Shown here: positions 1 through 17,943 of the stretch, one piece after another
Layout of the letters: every line of letters begins with the position of its first letter
How positions within the stretch are numbered: position 1 is the first letter of the stretch
Notes under the pieces: model-generated
What the model was told of the DNA's origin: nothing
The model's database searches: none
Seen by the model: the letters and a program-made list of their open reading frames with translations, nothing else
Position numbers and translations under genes: made by a program
Assembly: GCA_963693365.1 (NCBI GenBank)
Contig: CAVNZM010000018.1
Span: 1,297,861-1,361,860 of the forward strand
DNA length: 64,000 nt
From: Amoebidium appalachense
Taxonomy: Eukaryota > Protista > Ichthyosporea
Direction of reading: 5' to 3'

Positions 1-4778
<4,778 letters not shown>

Positions 4779-5505
4779 GTTCTTGTTTTGTTCTTGTACC
4801 CCTAGTTCCCCTCCCTGCGCAAAGAGAGGTGGTATTGGTGGGTTCTGCCCGCTACCGGTGAAAACATTCAAAAGGTTCCACATTTGCGGCCGGGCCCCCA
4901 AAAAGGGTCACTTATGCCTTATTCTGCGTCACGGTGCCAAAACGATGGAATAAGTAATGGGTATGTTTCAGTGATGGAACTATGTACCAGCTGGACTACT
5001 TGTGTGTGGAAACCTGCATGCAGAAAAAGATGTTTAAGGGCACCAGAAGGAAACATGGAACATTATCAGCCACCCTCTACACACCCTTGAGGTTGGTTGC
5101 CTAGCCGAAAGGAGATGTGAGAATGACGAGAGAAGTTTGGCTATTTGTATGCACATACGTCTTCCATTTGAATCTCTTACTCGCTGTGGACATACCAACC
5201 AAAAAGATCTTAACATCGAAAAAAAATCATGAATGTAGAAGTCAAGTGGAAAACGCAGTCCGCCCTTTTGAAGCAGTTTTGTGAGCCGGCTAGTCTACAC
5301 CGCGTAGACTTTACGTGGTCATGCAGTCTGCGTGAGACTAATAACTATATATGGTTTATTGTTTTAGCTATTTATAGTTTATCTAATTTCCTGGGATCCA
5401 ATAGTGAGCGTGAACGAACTTCGAAGTGGAACTTCAAGTCTTCAACCCGGCTTCCCCCCCCCCCCCTCCCATCCTAGGGCTCATCCTCCCCCCCTCCCCC
5501 CCCCT

Positions 5506-5584
<79 letters not shown>

Positions 5585-5674
5585 ATACACACAAATACAC
5601 ACAGTGTGGAACATGCCTACAAATCACCTTATATGATTTCGTTGTGGTGACCGAGTACATGGGCAAAGCTTCAG

Positions 5675-5711
<37 letters not shown>

Positions 5712-6115
5712 CCCTCACTCCCCCCCCCTCCCCTCCCCCCCTCCCCCCCCCCCCCCCCCCCCCCCCTTCCCCCCCCCCCTTCCCCCCCCCCCCCCTTCCC
5801 CCCCCCCCCCCCCCCCCGCCCTGCTTCCTTCCCCCTTCCCCGTGTCACTTATTCAGGGCCCCCATGAACGTACTCATACCTTCACAGAGTTATTGTTACC
5901 TAATCTAATTAGGCCGGGCTCGGAAGGAGAGAGTTTGTGTGTGTGTGGGGGGAAGGGGGGGGGGGGGGGGGGGGTGAGAGCCTAAGGGGTAGGCCTGGGG
6001 GGGGGGGGGAGGGGGGGATGTAGGGGGAGTCTCAAATATTCAAGAGTGAAAGAGAGATAGATCTAGTCTGAGAGAGAGCGAGACCCTGAGGCATTGCGTT
6101 GAAACATCATGGGAG

Positions 6116-6151
<36 letters not shown>

Positions 6152-7119
6152 CCCCTCTCTCACCCCCCTCTAGAGCTCACCTGAGCGCGCACACAAACAC
6201 GTACGTGCACAATAAGCAGTATATCACACACACACACAAACGGTACACACACCACGAGCCAAGCGTTAAAAGCTACACGTTACACATGTATACGAACATG
6301 CATACACATGAACACACGCACAGTTAAGTTGAGAGCGTACCCCTAACCTACTGGTAGCTCATGCATATATGGCTCAGTACCTGCTTGGGAAAACCTGTGG
6401 CTATTTTAGCGTTCAGTGCTATATGTAGACACGTCACGGCAGGTTCATTCTAGAAACACTCGTTGCACAGCAGCTAGTGTATCTAATCAACATTGCTTTT
6501 TTTTTTCCCCCTTATTACAGACAAGGGAAGAGAGAAAATTAAGGCGGCCAAAATCACATCCAAGGAGGTTTTTAGAGCAGAAGCCATTTCAGTTTACAAA
6601 AGAGCATCAGCAACCCCGTCTATGATACATACAAAATAATCAACCGGTTTTACCTTTTCAAAATGAAAGGAAGATGCATCACCCATGGGGCAAAGTAACA
6701 TGTGCACTGTTACTACAGATCCAAATCAAAGACTTGGGCAAATTGCAGACCCCCGCGGAGAATTACTTCATGCATTTCAAGGTTACCAATGCCCTAGTGA
6801 ACTTCAATCTCAGGGGGTGCTATTACGTGTGGTCTTTTCATAGTTGAAATGCATTTTTGCACTACTTGTGAGCACAAGAACCCCGAGATTTGACCAAATA
6901 GAACTTAATTTATATACAGGGGGGTCATTCATTCTTTTGTGTTTAACGTGTTCTTTCTCCCAAATCTGAACTGTCCATAGCTAGTAGCTACACCATTCAT
7001 CACACAACCGAAAAACAAATTACATAAAAAGATTCGGTCTGAAGCACGAAAACCCACTGTACATGTATGCATGACCTGTGCCCCCGAGCGTGACCCATCC
7101 CGTGAAAATGCCACAAACG

Positions 7120-7214
<95 letters not shown>

Positions 7215-7286
7215 AAAGAAAAAAGAAAGAATAAAATAGAAAAGAAAAGAGTTCAAGCCCAAAGCCTACGGAGTCCGAAATATTTA

Positions 7287-7326
<40 letters not shown>

Positions 7327-7890
7327 ATACACGCACATACACCCCCCTCCCTACCTCCCCCCCCCCCCCCAGAAAGAAAAAAGAAAAAAAAAGTTTTAAA
7401 GCCGAAAAACCTACTACTAATTCCGGTATATTTACGTGGAGACCGGGGCACATGCATGCTCCTACCATTAGTTGAACTCGAAAGCAAACAGAAGGCTGCC
7501 GTCGTTTTGGCCGCCGCACCCGGACCTCACCAACCACGGACCCATACTCGCCCTTGCAGCCAACCGTACGCCGCAGCTGTGATAATTTTAACACACGTTT
7601 AAATTTTAACGTTATTAGTTTACTTGATACTTAACCTGTTGGTTTGCTCGGATAACACTAAAACAATAGTTAAATGGGGTTCGTCCAATCAAATTAGTTG
7701 TTGCTTACTCGAAGCCTTTTTTCGTTCGTGTTTGCTCGGATGCTTATGATGTGGGAGGCATGTAATGCATCATATTTACAGTGTTACACAGTTTGGCACT
7801 ATAGTTTGTGCATGCGGGTCATTTAAAGGTTAAAACCTGCTAAAAGGAGATCAGAGGAGATGGTTGGGAGGATGGGGTGGGTTGTACGTG

Positions 7891-7921
<31 letters not shown>

Positions 7922-9324
7922 CAGTGCGTATGTGTGTGCGTGCATGTGTGCGTGTGTGTGACCGTGTGTGCATGTGTGTGTGTGGGTGTGCGTGCGAGTA
8001 TGTGGGTGAGCGTGTAAATCACACCAGGTGACGTCTGAGCTCGTGGGGGGAAGGGAGGGAGGGGGGGGGGGGGGGAGGGGGGTTTGCGGGGACCTAAGCC
8101 CCAGGGGACCTCGGGGGGAGGGGAGGCCAGGGAGGGCGAGGGGAGGAGGGGGAGACTGGCTGGATGGGAAGCCTTCAAGAGGGTGTACCAAGAGGCCTCC
8201 GGGGTGAGATCCAGGGAAAGACTCTGTTCTGAGAGGGGTATGGAAAGGGCCCGGCGGCCGGGGCATTCAATAGCATCAACAACTTTTAAATTTACGGTTA
8301 AGGCCAGGAAAACTGCGAGGTATTAGTCCTGCGGTCCACGCGATAAATTATTTTTGTTCATCGAATCGCCACTGCAGCAAACCCACGTGCACACGGTGAA
8401 TTGTCTTGAATCCAACCCCCCCCCCCCCTTTTCCGTTGTGCGCCCCGCCCAGCCCCGTGCCCACGGTGTACCATTTCCTCCATTTAGCTTGATTCAGAAT
8501 TGACTGTGTGTCCACTGCCGGCTTCATTGATAAATTTCGAATATTGCACTGTGTGAGGTGAAGAAGAAACCTGCGATCGAAACACAGACACCGCTGGCTC
8601 AAGCAACTCAGGTGTTGTCCCTGGGTCGCTTCTAGCCTTATTTAAATTTTTTTATTACCTTACCAATAATTTAAATTTTTTTTTTAAGTCATGCTTCACC
8701 GTTTTTTAATATAAGAGTGGACACAAGTTCCACATCAGGGGACTGTTCCGCGACTGTGTACCTATTTATAGACTTGCATCTATTAGCTGGAACCAGGCGT
8801 CCGGAAAATTTAACAGTTCCCATAGTTAGCTACCGAGCAAAGAAAGTGATTGGTTGCATAGCGTACGCGCACAATAGCAGTGCACAATAAGTGAACTGCA
8901 AAACCTTTGTGCCAGAATCATAACAGACCTACTGTAGGTCTCAGGATCTCATTTGCTGGTAATCGGATTTAAACACGTCTTAGACTTGAAGCTACAAACC
9001 CTTCACCAAGTTGACATTTCTTCAGGATTCCTTATATATATTGCAATATCAACGCCTAAAAAATGAATTCACCAAATCGCCAAATATACAGGCAAAGCAA
9101 GTCATTATACTTCACACCATTTTGACATCACACCTTGAAAATGCCAACTTAAGACATCATAAGTTAACGGCTGTACCCCTTTGATGCCATACATTCAAGT
9201 ATCCTTATCGCTTTCACATACAAACTACAATTGACATGTTCACGGGAGCCCCCCCCTCCCCCCCCCCCAAACCCCATAATGCCCACGTGCTTTCAATGTT
9301 TAAGACCTTTTAAAATAAATGTGT

Positions 9325-12300
9325 TTACTTCTTGGGGAGGTACTTTTTCTCTGCTTCCTTCAGTTCGTCATCTCCCTGAAGCCTGAACACCTCCTTGACC
9401 GTGGCCACCTGTATACGTGTGTACGTGTGTGTGTGTTTGTGTGTGTGCATGTGCGTGTGCTTGTGTGTGCGTGTGTGTGTTGTGCTTGTGTGTTCGTGCG
9501 TGTGCGTGTGTGTGTGTGTGTGTGCGTGTGCGTGTGTGTGTGTGTGACAGGTGTTAGTACTTATCAATGTGCTTACTGTATGCATAAACAACCCCCAGAA
9601 TGCACATGCTCCCCCTCTCCCCCCCCCCCCCCCCACGCCTTCACCACCAAAACCGCCACATACACACAGAGCTGCCTCATTGTTAAAGCAACCACCACCT
9701 CTTCCATCTTAGCTCCAATCGAGGTTAATCCGATCGAGGATAAAACATTGCCCTGGCGCAGCCTGAAGTTCTGGATCTTATCATTCCATCGACAAGGAAG
9801 AGGGGGGGGGAAAGGAAGATTCCTCCGCGCACCATGCCCTCGATGTTGACCATACGATAACGAACGATAAAACGAGGGGAAATTAGGGGAAAGTGAAGTG
9901 GAAATGAAAAAAAAAAAGAAGGGAAAACCTAAAAATCCACGTACCTTTCCCTCGATGTTGACCAGACTCTGGTCCTGATAGATCTGCCTGGTGGTGGCCT
10001 GAATGGCTGCAACCGTGGCCCGCATGTTGTGATTGGCCCAGATCACGAGGCTGATCCCGAGATCGCGGAAATGATTGGTCGGCGTGTTGTAGTACTTGGT
10101 CGGCACAATCACCACCGGCGCCTGGTTGGCGATAAGGGATATTAGTGGGATATTAGTGCGATATTAGTGGGATAAATGTGTATATTCCATTTTTTTCAAT
10201 TAATGCACAAGACATAATACGGAGGTATGGGCATGACAAATACCCCCCTCCCTCCCTCCCCTCCCCCCCCCCCCCCCCACCACGACCCCCCCCCCCCCCC
10301 CCCCAACCACGACACACGACCCCTTCCCCCCTCCCCCCTCCGCACCCCCCCCCCCCCCCCAAAAAAAAAAAAAAAAAAAAAAACACACACACACAGACTC
10401 CCCCCCCCTCCCCCCCCCCCCCCCCCCCCACACACACACACAGCGATCCCTGACACCCCCCTTTCTTCCAAGAGTTGTTTCGTGTAGGTTTTGTGTCGTA
10501 AGCCTTTACACACGTGCTCGTTTTCTTCACACAACCACCTACGCACATGGATGCGACTTTATGAAAACACAGGAGCAACAAAAAGGAGGAAGAAAAACAC
10601 CGGGCATTGTGGTACCACCTAGGCATAAGTGCCTCAAGCACAAGCACAAGCACAAGCAAACACACACACACACACACTCACGAACACATCCACACACACA
10701 CCCAGAAACCCACATGCTGAGACCCCCCCCCCCCCCCCCGCACCTCTCAATCCCCCCGTGCCCCCCTGCCCCCCCCCCCCCCCCCCCCCCCCCCCTTTCC
10801 CCCCTGCCCGGTGCTCCCGCTTCCAGTCTCTCCCCCTGTAACTCACCCATGTCTTTGTCCAATACATCAAAGCAATATCCACTATCAGCATCAACAACAA
10901 AGGAGTATTACACCAAAAGCAACGACGGATCACACAATATATCCCATGTAGGCATGCATGCCTCTGTGTCGCCGGTGCGAGAACACACACCCACACCCAC
11001 GTACACACGCACACACACACATGTAAGAAAGAGAGGGAAAAAAGGTTTAGAAAAAGGGTGGGGGGGGGGGGAGGGGGGACGAGGGAAGAGAATGAAAAAT
11101 GTAGTTTAAAAAGAAACCGGCAGGGCACCCACCTTTGCTTGTCCCACTTAGCCATAAATGCCTCTATATGGCTGCGAGAATAAAACAAACAAACAAACAA
11201 CTTGAAACAAACAAACAAACAAGCAATTAATTATAATAAAAACAACAACAATAAATAAAAAAACACCCACCACCCACCTTTGTTTTGTCCCACTTAGCCA
11301 TAGATGCCTCTCTATATGGCTGCGAGAATAAAACAAACAAACAAATAAACAACTTGAAACAAAAAAACAAATAACCAAAATAATAATAACAGCAACAACA
11401 ATAACCAGAAAACAACAACTACACACCTTTGTTTTGTCCCACTTAGCCATAAATGCCTCTATATCGCTGGGGTCACTCTTCTTGCTGTGAATCAACACTG
11501 CATCTGCACCGTGTTCGGCATAGATGCTGGCACGCTCTAGGGTGGCCTCAAGGCCCCACCCGGCAATGAAAGACTCAACACGTGCAACTACCTGTGAATG
11601 CGGGTATGTGTGTGTGTGTGTGTATGGGGGTGGGGGGTTTGAGGGGAGTAGTGAGGGGGGGAGGGGGGGGGGGGGGGGGGGGCGGCAGGAGAGGTAAGGG
11701 GAGGGGAGGTAAGTGGAGTGGGAGAGGGTGCGGCGGGGGAGGGAGGGGCGGGGGAGGGCGGGAGTGGTGTGAGTGTGTGAGTGAGTTGTGTATGTGTGTG
11801 TGTGAGGGGCGAGGGGGGGGGGGGGGGGGGGGGGGGGGAGGAGGAGAGGAGGGAGGTGGGGGGAAGTAGATACGTGGGTCTGTAGTGGCGGTAGTGTGTG
11901 TGTGTGTGTGTGTGGGTGGTGGTGGTGGGGCGGGGGGGAGGCGGAGGGGGGGAGCGGGGTTAGAAATTGAAACATGGTAGGCTGCACAATCACACATGTG
12001 AAAACAATGCAGGACACTGATGGCGTGTAAATGCACACGAGTTTTAGTATGCAACATAAGTAAAACGTAGTGTGCAGCGTCAGCAGAACCAACACTTTAA
12101 ACGGGAAGCGGGGTTGGGGGGGGGGGAGGGGGGGGGAAGGGGAGGGGGGGAGGGGAGTGGAGTTGGTGGTGGTTGAGGGGGGGGGGGGGGGGGGGGGGGA
12201 AGAGGTGTGTGCGTGTGCGTGTGCACGTTTGCGTATGCATATGCTTGTGTGCATGTCGTCATATGCGTGACTTTGTGTATGTGGACGGGTCAATAAGCGG

Positions 12301-12706
12301 GCCACGCTGTGTGTGCGTGTGTTTGTTGGTGTGCCCATGCGCAAAAACGGAAAAGTGGAACAGAAGTGGTTTGTCAATATATGGATCGTGTGTGTTCCTT
12401 TGGAGTAGGAAAAGGCACAACTAAAGAAAACACGGGGTGGGTGTTGGGGGAGAAAAGGAGGGGAGGGGGGGGGGGGGGGGGGGAAAGGGGGGATGAGGGG
12501 GGTGTTTTTGGAGGTAGGGAGAAAGGAGGGGTATGTGGGCCGGGAAAGGGGGGGGGGGGGGGAGAAAGAGAGAGAGTTAGAGAGGGGGGGGGGGGGGGGG
12601 GGGGGGGGGGAGGGGGAGGAAGGAGAGAGAGAGAGAGACAGCGGGAGAGAGACAGACATTGAGCGGGTAGTAGTGAGGGGGAATACACAGTGCGTGCCCA
12701 TGCGAC

Positions 12707-12762
<56 letters not shown>

Positions 12763-12952
12763 CCACGCACCCACCTACACACGCAGTAACAACTCTTCCC
12801 TTTCCCTTCTCGCCCCCTCCCCCTCCCCCCTCATCCCCCCCACACATACACAACCCACACCCACACACTCGGCCCCCCGTCCCCCCCCCCCAAAACACAC
12901 ACCTGGAAATCCGAAACCTTCTCTTCTGTGTCCTTCATAGCCCTAATCTTGA

Positions 12953-12983
<31 letters not shown>

Positions 12984-13135
12984 TCCACCTACCCACCCAC
13001 TCGCGCGCGCACACACACACAACACCGACCCCCCCTCGCCCCCTCCTTCCCCCCCCCACACACCTGGAAAAACCCGAATCCTTCTGTGTAGGCTCCTCCC
13101 TTCCCCCCCCCCCCCTCCCCCCCCCTCCCCGTCCC

Positions 13136-13175
<40 letters not shown>

Positions 13176-13382
13176 TACACACAGAGACACCCACACAACA
13201 CCCACACACCTGGAAATCCGCATCCTTCTGTGTGTCCTTCATGGCTCTAATCTTGAGCCCAAACTCGAGGGGGTCTGCCAGGGGCTGCTGCCGGGCATCG
13301 AGCAGACTGTTTGTTTTGGGGAAGAGCTTGTCTTCAATGCACACACCGGCAATACCGCGGGACTCGAGCTGTGTACGTGTGT

Positions 13383-13452
<70 letters not shown>

Positions 13453-13872
13453 TTGTGTGTGTTTGGGGGGGGGGGGGGGGGAGGGAATGATGGGGGGGAG
13501 GGGGGGAGGTGCGGGTGAAGAGGGGAGATGGGAGGTTATATGTGTGGGTGTTGGTGGGTGGGGAGGGAGGCGGGGGTTGGGGGGAGGAGGGTAGGTGTGT
13601 GTGCGTGTGTGTGTTGGGGACCGTAAAAGGGTGCTGGAGGGGTGTGTGTGTGTGTGTGTGTGTGGGGGGGGGGGTGAGTTTGAGTGTGCGAGTATGTGTG
13701 GTGAGTGAGAGTGTGTGTGTTGCACACGCGTGTGCATGCGAGCATGAGCGTGAGTGTTTCAGTGTGTGTGTGAGTGAGTGTGTTTGTGTGCACACGTGTG
13801 CGTGCTTGTTTGGGTGTATGGGAAGCGACGTGTGCATGTGTGCGTGTGTGTGCCTGTGTGTATGTGTGTACG

Positions 13873-13956
<84 letters not shown>

Positions 13957-14683
13957 TGTGTGTGTGTGTGAGTGAGTGAGGGCATAAGTGGGGACATCAG
14001 AATAATACGTGTGCATGCGCACATACGTGCGTGCATGTGAGGATGTGCACACGTGTGTGTGCGTGCGTGTCCAGGTTTCCACACACGTGGATAAGAGGAA
14101 GAAACCATGACACCGAAGGACCTCGGAGGGAATCAATACACGACGCAAAAGCTCCCTCTACCCTCTTTTTTAAGCGCCTTCTTTAAACCGTCTGTGGTTT
14201 AGAATACCTTCTGGACCAATCGACGGGCGTTGTTAAAGTTGCCATAGCCGGTGTCGCCGTCCAGCAGGATGGGGACGGAGGTGGCATCTGACATGTACTC
14301 CAGCTGCTGAAGCACCTGCATTGATTAAAAATCATAATTAGATTATAAATAAATGTATTAAACCTATAAAACAAAAAGGAAGTCAACAAGTTCATCTAAT
14401 AAGGGCCTTTAATTGGGGCGCGGGCGGGCCGGGGGGGGAGGGGGGCAGGGAGGAGTCTCATCATGGACACATTATCTTTCCAACCGTCAGTCAATTATAC
14501 AATGTCTCTGTCTCTCCTCACCCCCCACCCTCCCCCCTCCCCTGCGGCCCCCAAACTCAGATAATGTACTTCACTTGGCAACCCCGTGAGATTGGGCTCT
14601 AACTATGACGCATACTCTTTGTGTGTGTGTGTTGCAGAGTCTGTGCCATGTTGTCCATCGTGATTGTGTACATTCTGACCTAG

Positions 14684-14731
<48 letters not shown>

Positions 14732-15101
14732 AATCACGCACACCCACCCCTCACTATTGCCTCGGTAAGGGTTGGTCGTAAAGAAAGTTCAATCGATGCT
14801 CCTTTAACAATGCTCTTGGTTGCCCCCTCCCCCCCCCCCTCCCCCCTCTCCCACCCCAACCACACACGCACATCCTCCTAATCAGTCTCGGGGAATGCTA
14901 TCGCTTGTCCCTCATTCTCCCCCCCCTCATCCCCCCTCCCCCCTCCCCCTCCCCTGCCTATTCCCCTACTCATGCAAACCGACTTTAATTTACCCCCCCC
15001 CCTCCCCCTCTTAAACACCTTCCGCGCCCTCCTCTCCCCAAGGGCGTAATAAACCCAAACCCCCTCCCCCCCGTCCCACTCCCCTGGGCTTTGCCTTTGC
15101 T

Positions 15102-15156
<55 letters not shown>

Positions 15157-17064
15157 GTGTCCATGACAGCTCGTTGCTATCACGCACACCACATGCAGCG
15201 CTGATTGAGAGACCGCTACCCCAGATACCCTTGAACCCTGTGTGCGAGGAAAGGAGGGGGGGAGGGAGGGGGGGTTTGAATGCGTCAAAAAGTACGAAGT
15301 ACACAAGAACAAACGGATAACACGATGCAGAATGCAAGCCATACATAAAGAGTATGCATAATAAGCAGAGCCCATCCTCGGGGGGGCCCACGTCATCCAC
15401 AGTACCCGAGTTTCGACCTATTCACCTCGTTAACGGAACCCAACTCAGATACTGTTTCACTTGAACATGGGTAGGTCACCCGTCTTGATCAGAGACGAGC
15501 AGGGTTGCTTATGCAGGCAAGGGCAGTGGGAAAGGCCGGGGGTTAAAGTTGCAGCAGTAAGCAGAAGCAAGAAAAATATAGATAGGAACTCAGGAGACGG
15601 GGCTTCTAGGAAGCTCCCCCGTCGCTACCTAAGTCGATACTTCCCTGGCTAACATACTACACCAGCTGAAAAGAATTAAGTCCCGAAGGCTGCAGAATTC
15701 GCAATCAGAGGGGAAAATATGAGATTTGACCCACGCCGCAGGGTAGTAACACGCTTACTAGGGCAGAACTTTAACGTCTTCGAACGGAAAGCTATGCCCC
15801 CGGATGTCAGCCGGAAATATGGTACCACCCATTGCTTTGGGCTTGAAAAAAGCCAAATCGATAGTCCGAGTTATGTTAAGCCGGCGGGTAACATGCCGCA
15901 TGGGTTCCAAGGGAGCTGTCGCCAACAGAGCGGTGTGTGCATGCGTGCACGTAACGCAATGTGTGAAGTGTCTATAGCTATGAAAGGGGGTATGCAGAAG
16001 TGGACAGATGAAGTGTGTGGAGAGAAAAACAGTAAGAAGAAAAGTAGACACCGGTGTGTGCAACCCCCCACAACATACACACACACACACACACACATAA
16101 ATAAGCGAAGATTACAGGTAATCAACCAGAACAACAAATGACAAGCAAAACAACAGGCGCCAAAAAAAAAAAAAAAAAAAAAAAAGAGAGAGAGAGAGAG
16201 AGAAAGGGGGGGGGGGGGGGGGGGGGGGAAGGGTTTAAACGTGTCACAAAGCACGAAGTGCACATTCACCGGGGGGGATTGAGGGGGAGGGGGGGGAAAG
16301 GGGGATAAAAAGATTAGGGCCAAGACCTAAACTAAAATTCCACCCGATACCCAAATGCTTAAAGTACACTTAAACTTGCCATTTTCACCTCCCCCCTCAA
16401 AAAACCCCACCTGCTCCCTGAAGCAACCCACCTCTCTTCCCCCTCCCCCCCCTCCCCCCCCCCCCCCTCTTCAGTTTGCTTCTCCAAATACACTCATCCT
16501 CCGACCCTGCAAGCCCCCCTCCCCCCCCCACTTCAACCTCCAATCACACCATTCCTCACGACTGCAAGCTCATCCGTCATCAAATCTCAAGGTTTCGTGC
16601 CCATCACAAGCTGTCGTGCAGGAAAAAGGGCGATATACCAGCCTCCTCGACGATCTTTGCGCTCAACCCATTGTGTGCCTCCATGATGAACTCCAGCTCG
16701 TTGGAGTGGATGAGGTTCTTGAGTTGCGTGGTCTTGCGCAGGCCAGACGTGTGCAGCGCACGCACGGCAACACCTGGGTTGTCGAGAATGGGTTAAAGTG
16801 TGGGTATGTGGATGTTTGTGTGTGTGGTGTTGGTGGTGGGGGGTGGGGTGGATGGATGGATGGGCGTTTCTTTTTTTTTTTTTTTGGGGGGGGGGGGGGG
16901 GAGGGGGGGGGAGGGGGAGGGGGGGGGGGGTTGTTGTTGATGGGGGTGGTGGTGGGGTGGAGAAGGTGGTTAATGGTTGGAGGGGCACGGGAAGGTGTGG
17001 TATGTGTGTGCCTGTTTGTGTGTGTGTGTGTGTGTGTGTGAGCGCATGCATGGTGTGTGTGAGC

Positions 17065-17104
<40 letters not shown>

Positions 17105-17333
17105 AGCAACGAATTTAATTGCCGTTCGGGAGTAAAGGCGTGCTCAAAAGCAGGGCTGGTAGAGAGAATCACGTTGAACAAGTTAGAGTGGGGAGCTAAG
17201 AGTGCAGATCACATTGCAAGGCTTATTCTCAGCTTGAAAAAGGAGTAGAAGAGGGTGGAACTCCCAGGGGATCAAAACGGCTTCTACCTGCTGCGCTGCT
17301 GACACGCACGTTCTTTGCAATATTAGACAACAT
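9325..17333 (-). CDS. pepM: Phosphoenolpyruvate phosphomutase (PEP mutase), 8 exons, ~318 aa, with N-terminal transit-peptide-like extension
   Basis: Exons 17333-17288, 16773-16639, 15237-15155, 14315-14208, 13368-13210, 11591-11427, 10121-9945 and 9408-9325, all GT-AG and phase-compatible (957 nt). Motifs: [48 protein letters not shown], the PEP-mutase signature [26 protein letters not shown] and C-terminal [10 protein letters not shown]. Exon 1 is the least certain. Confidence 0.95.
15275..15382 (-). repeat. Dispersed intronic repeat, near-identical to 60515-60591(+); head also at ~50767-50800
   Basis: ctttatgtatggcttgcattctgcatcgtgttatccgtttgttcttgtgta(c/a)ttcgtactttttgacgcattcaa is present at both sites. 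Confidence 0.85.
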
Positions 17334-17904
17334 TTTCCTTTCCGTTCTCTCTACAAATTAATCGTCTTTTCGCACAGTGGTGAATACTGAAAACAAGATA
17401 ATCAGGATGTGCTTTTTGTGACCAAAGGTTCATGTTTTTGTCACGTGTGTGCTTTGTTCGTTTTGTAAATCAAGTGTTGATTGGTTGACGTTGGTATGGG
17501 CGCCATCAGATCCACCAACCAAAATGGATCTTTCCAAGCAATAGGTTTTGGCCCTAGATGTGATATGTGGGTTTGAGACACCAAGGTGGAATTCCAAGGA
17601 AGGCCAAAAAGCGATCTACTGAATTCTCATAGGTCATTTCATAGAGAGCTTCAGAAGTGTTGATACTCTCAAAAAAATTCATTTTACCTTTTTCAACTGT
17701 GAGATTGAGCAGATCACTAACCCTAAACCTAACATCAGCATGAAATAAAACCCCGGCGTGTCTTCTTTGCACATTTTGAGGGGTTTTACTAGTGATCTTG
17801 CCATATCTGATTGGTCAACCCCAGGCAGGGGGGAGACCGGAGATGTGCACATGTTTGATGTGCGTGTGTGCGTGTATGGGTGTGCGCGCCCGTGTACACG
17901 TGTG

Positions 17905-17943
<39 letters not shown>

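Noticed and set aside
6370-6410. 5S rRNA-like fragment
   Set aside because: Similarity is too short and gapped to support.
5000-9250. Possible additional gene between the GCL-like and PEP mutase genes
   Set aside because: No recognisable motifs or phase-consistent exon chain found by eye; it cannot be excluded without RNA data.
15400-15935. High-complexity intronic insert as a solo LTR
   Set aside because: It ends in GGTAACA but I found no matching TG start with a TSD and no second copy; it remains unclassified.
17705-17725. Telomere-like ctaaccctaaacctaac
   Set aside because: Only two or three imperfect units.
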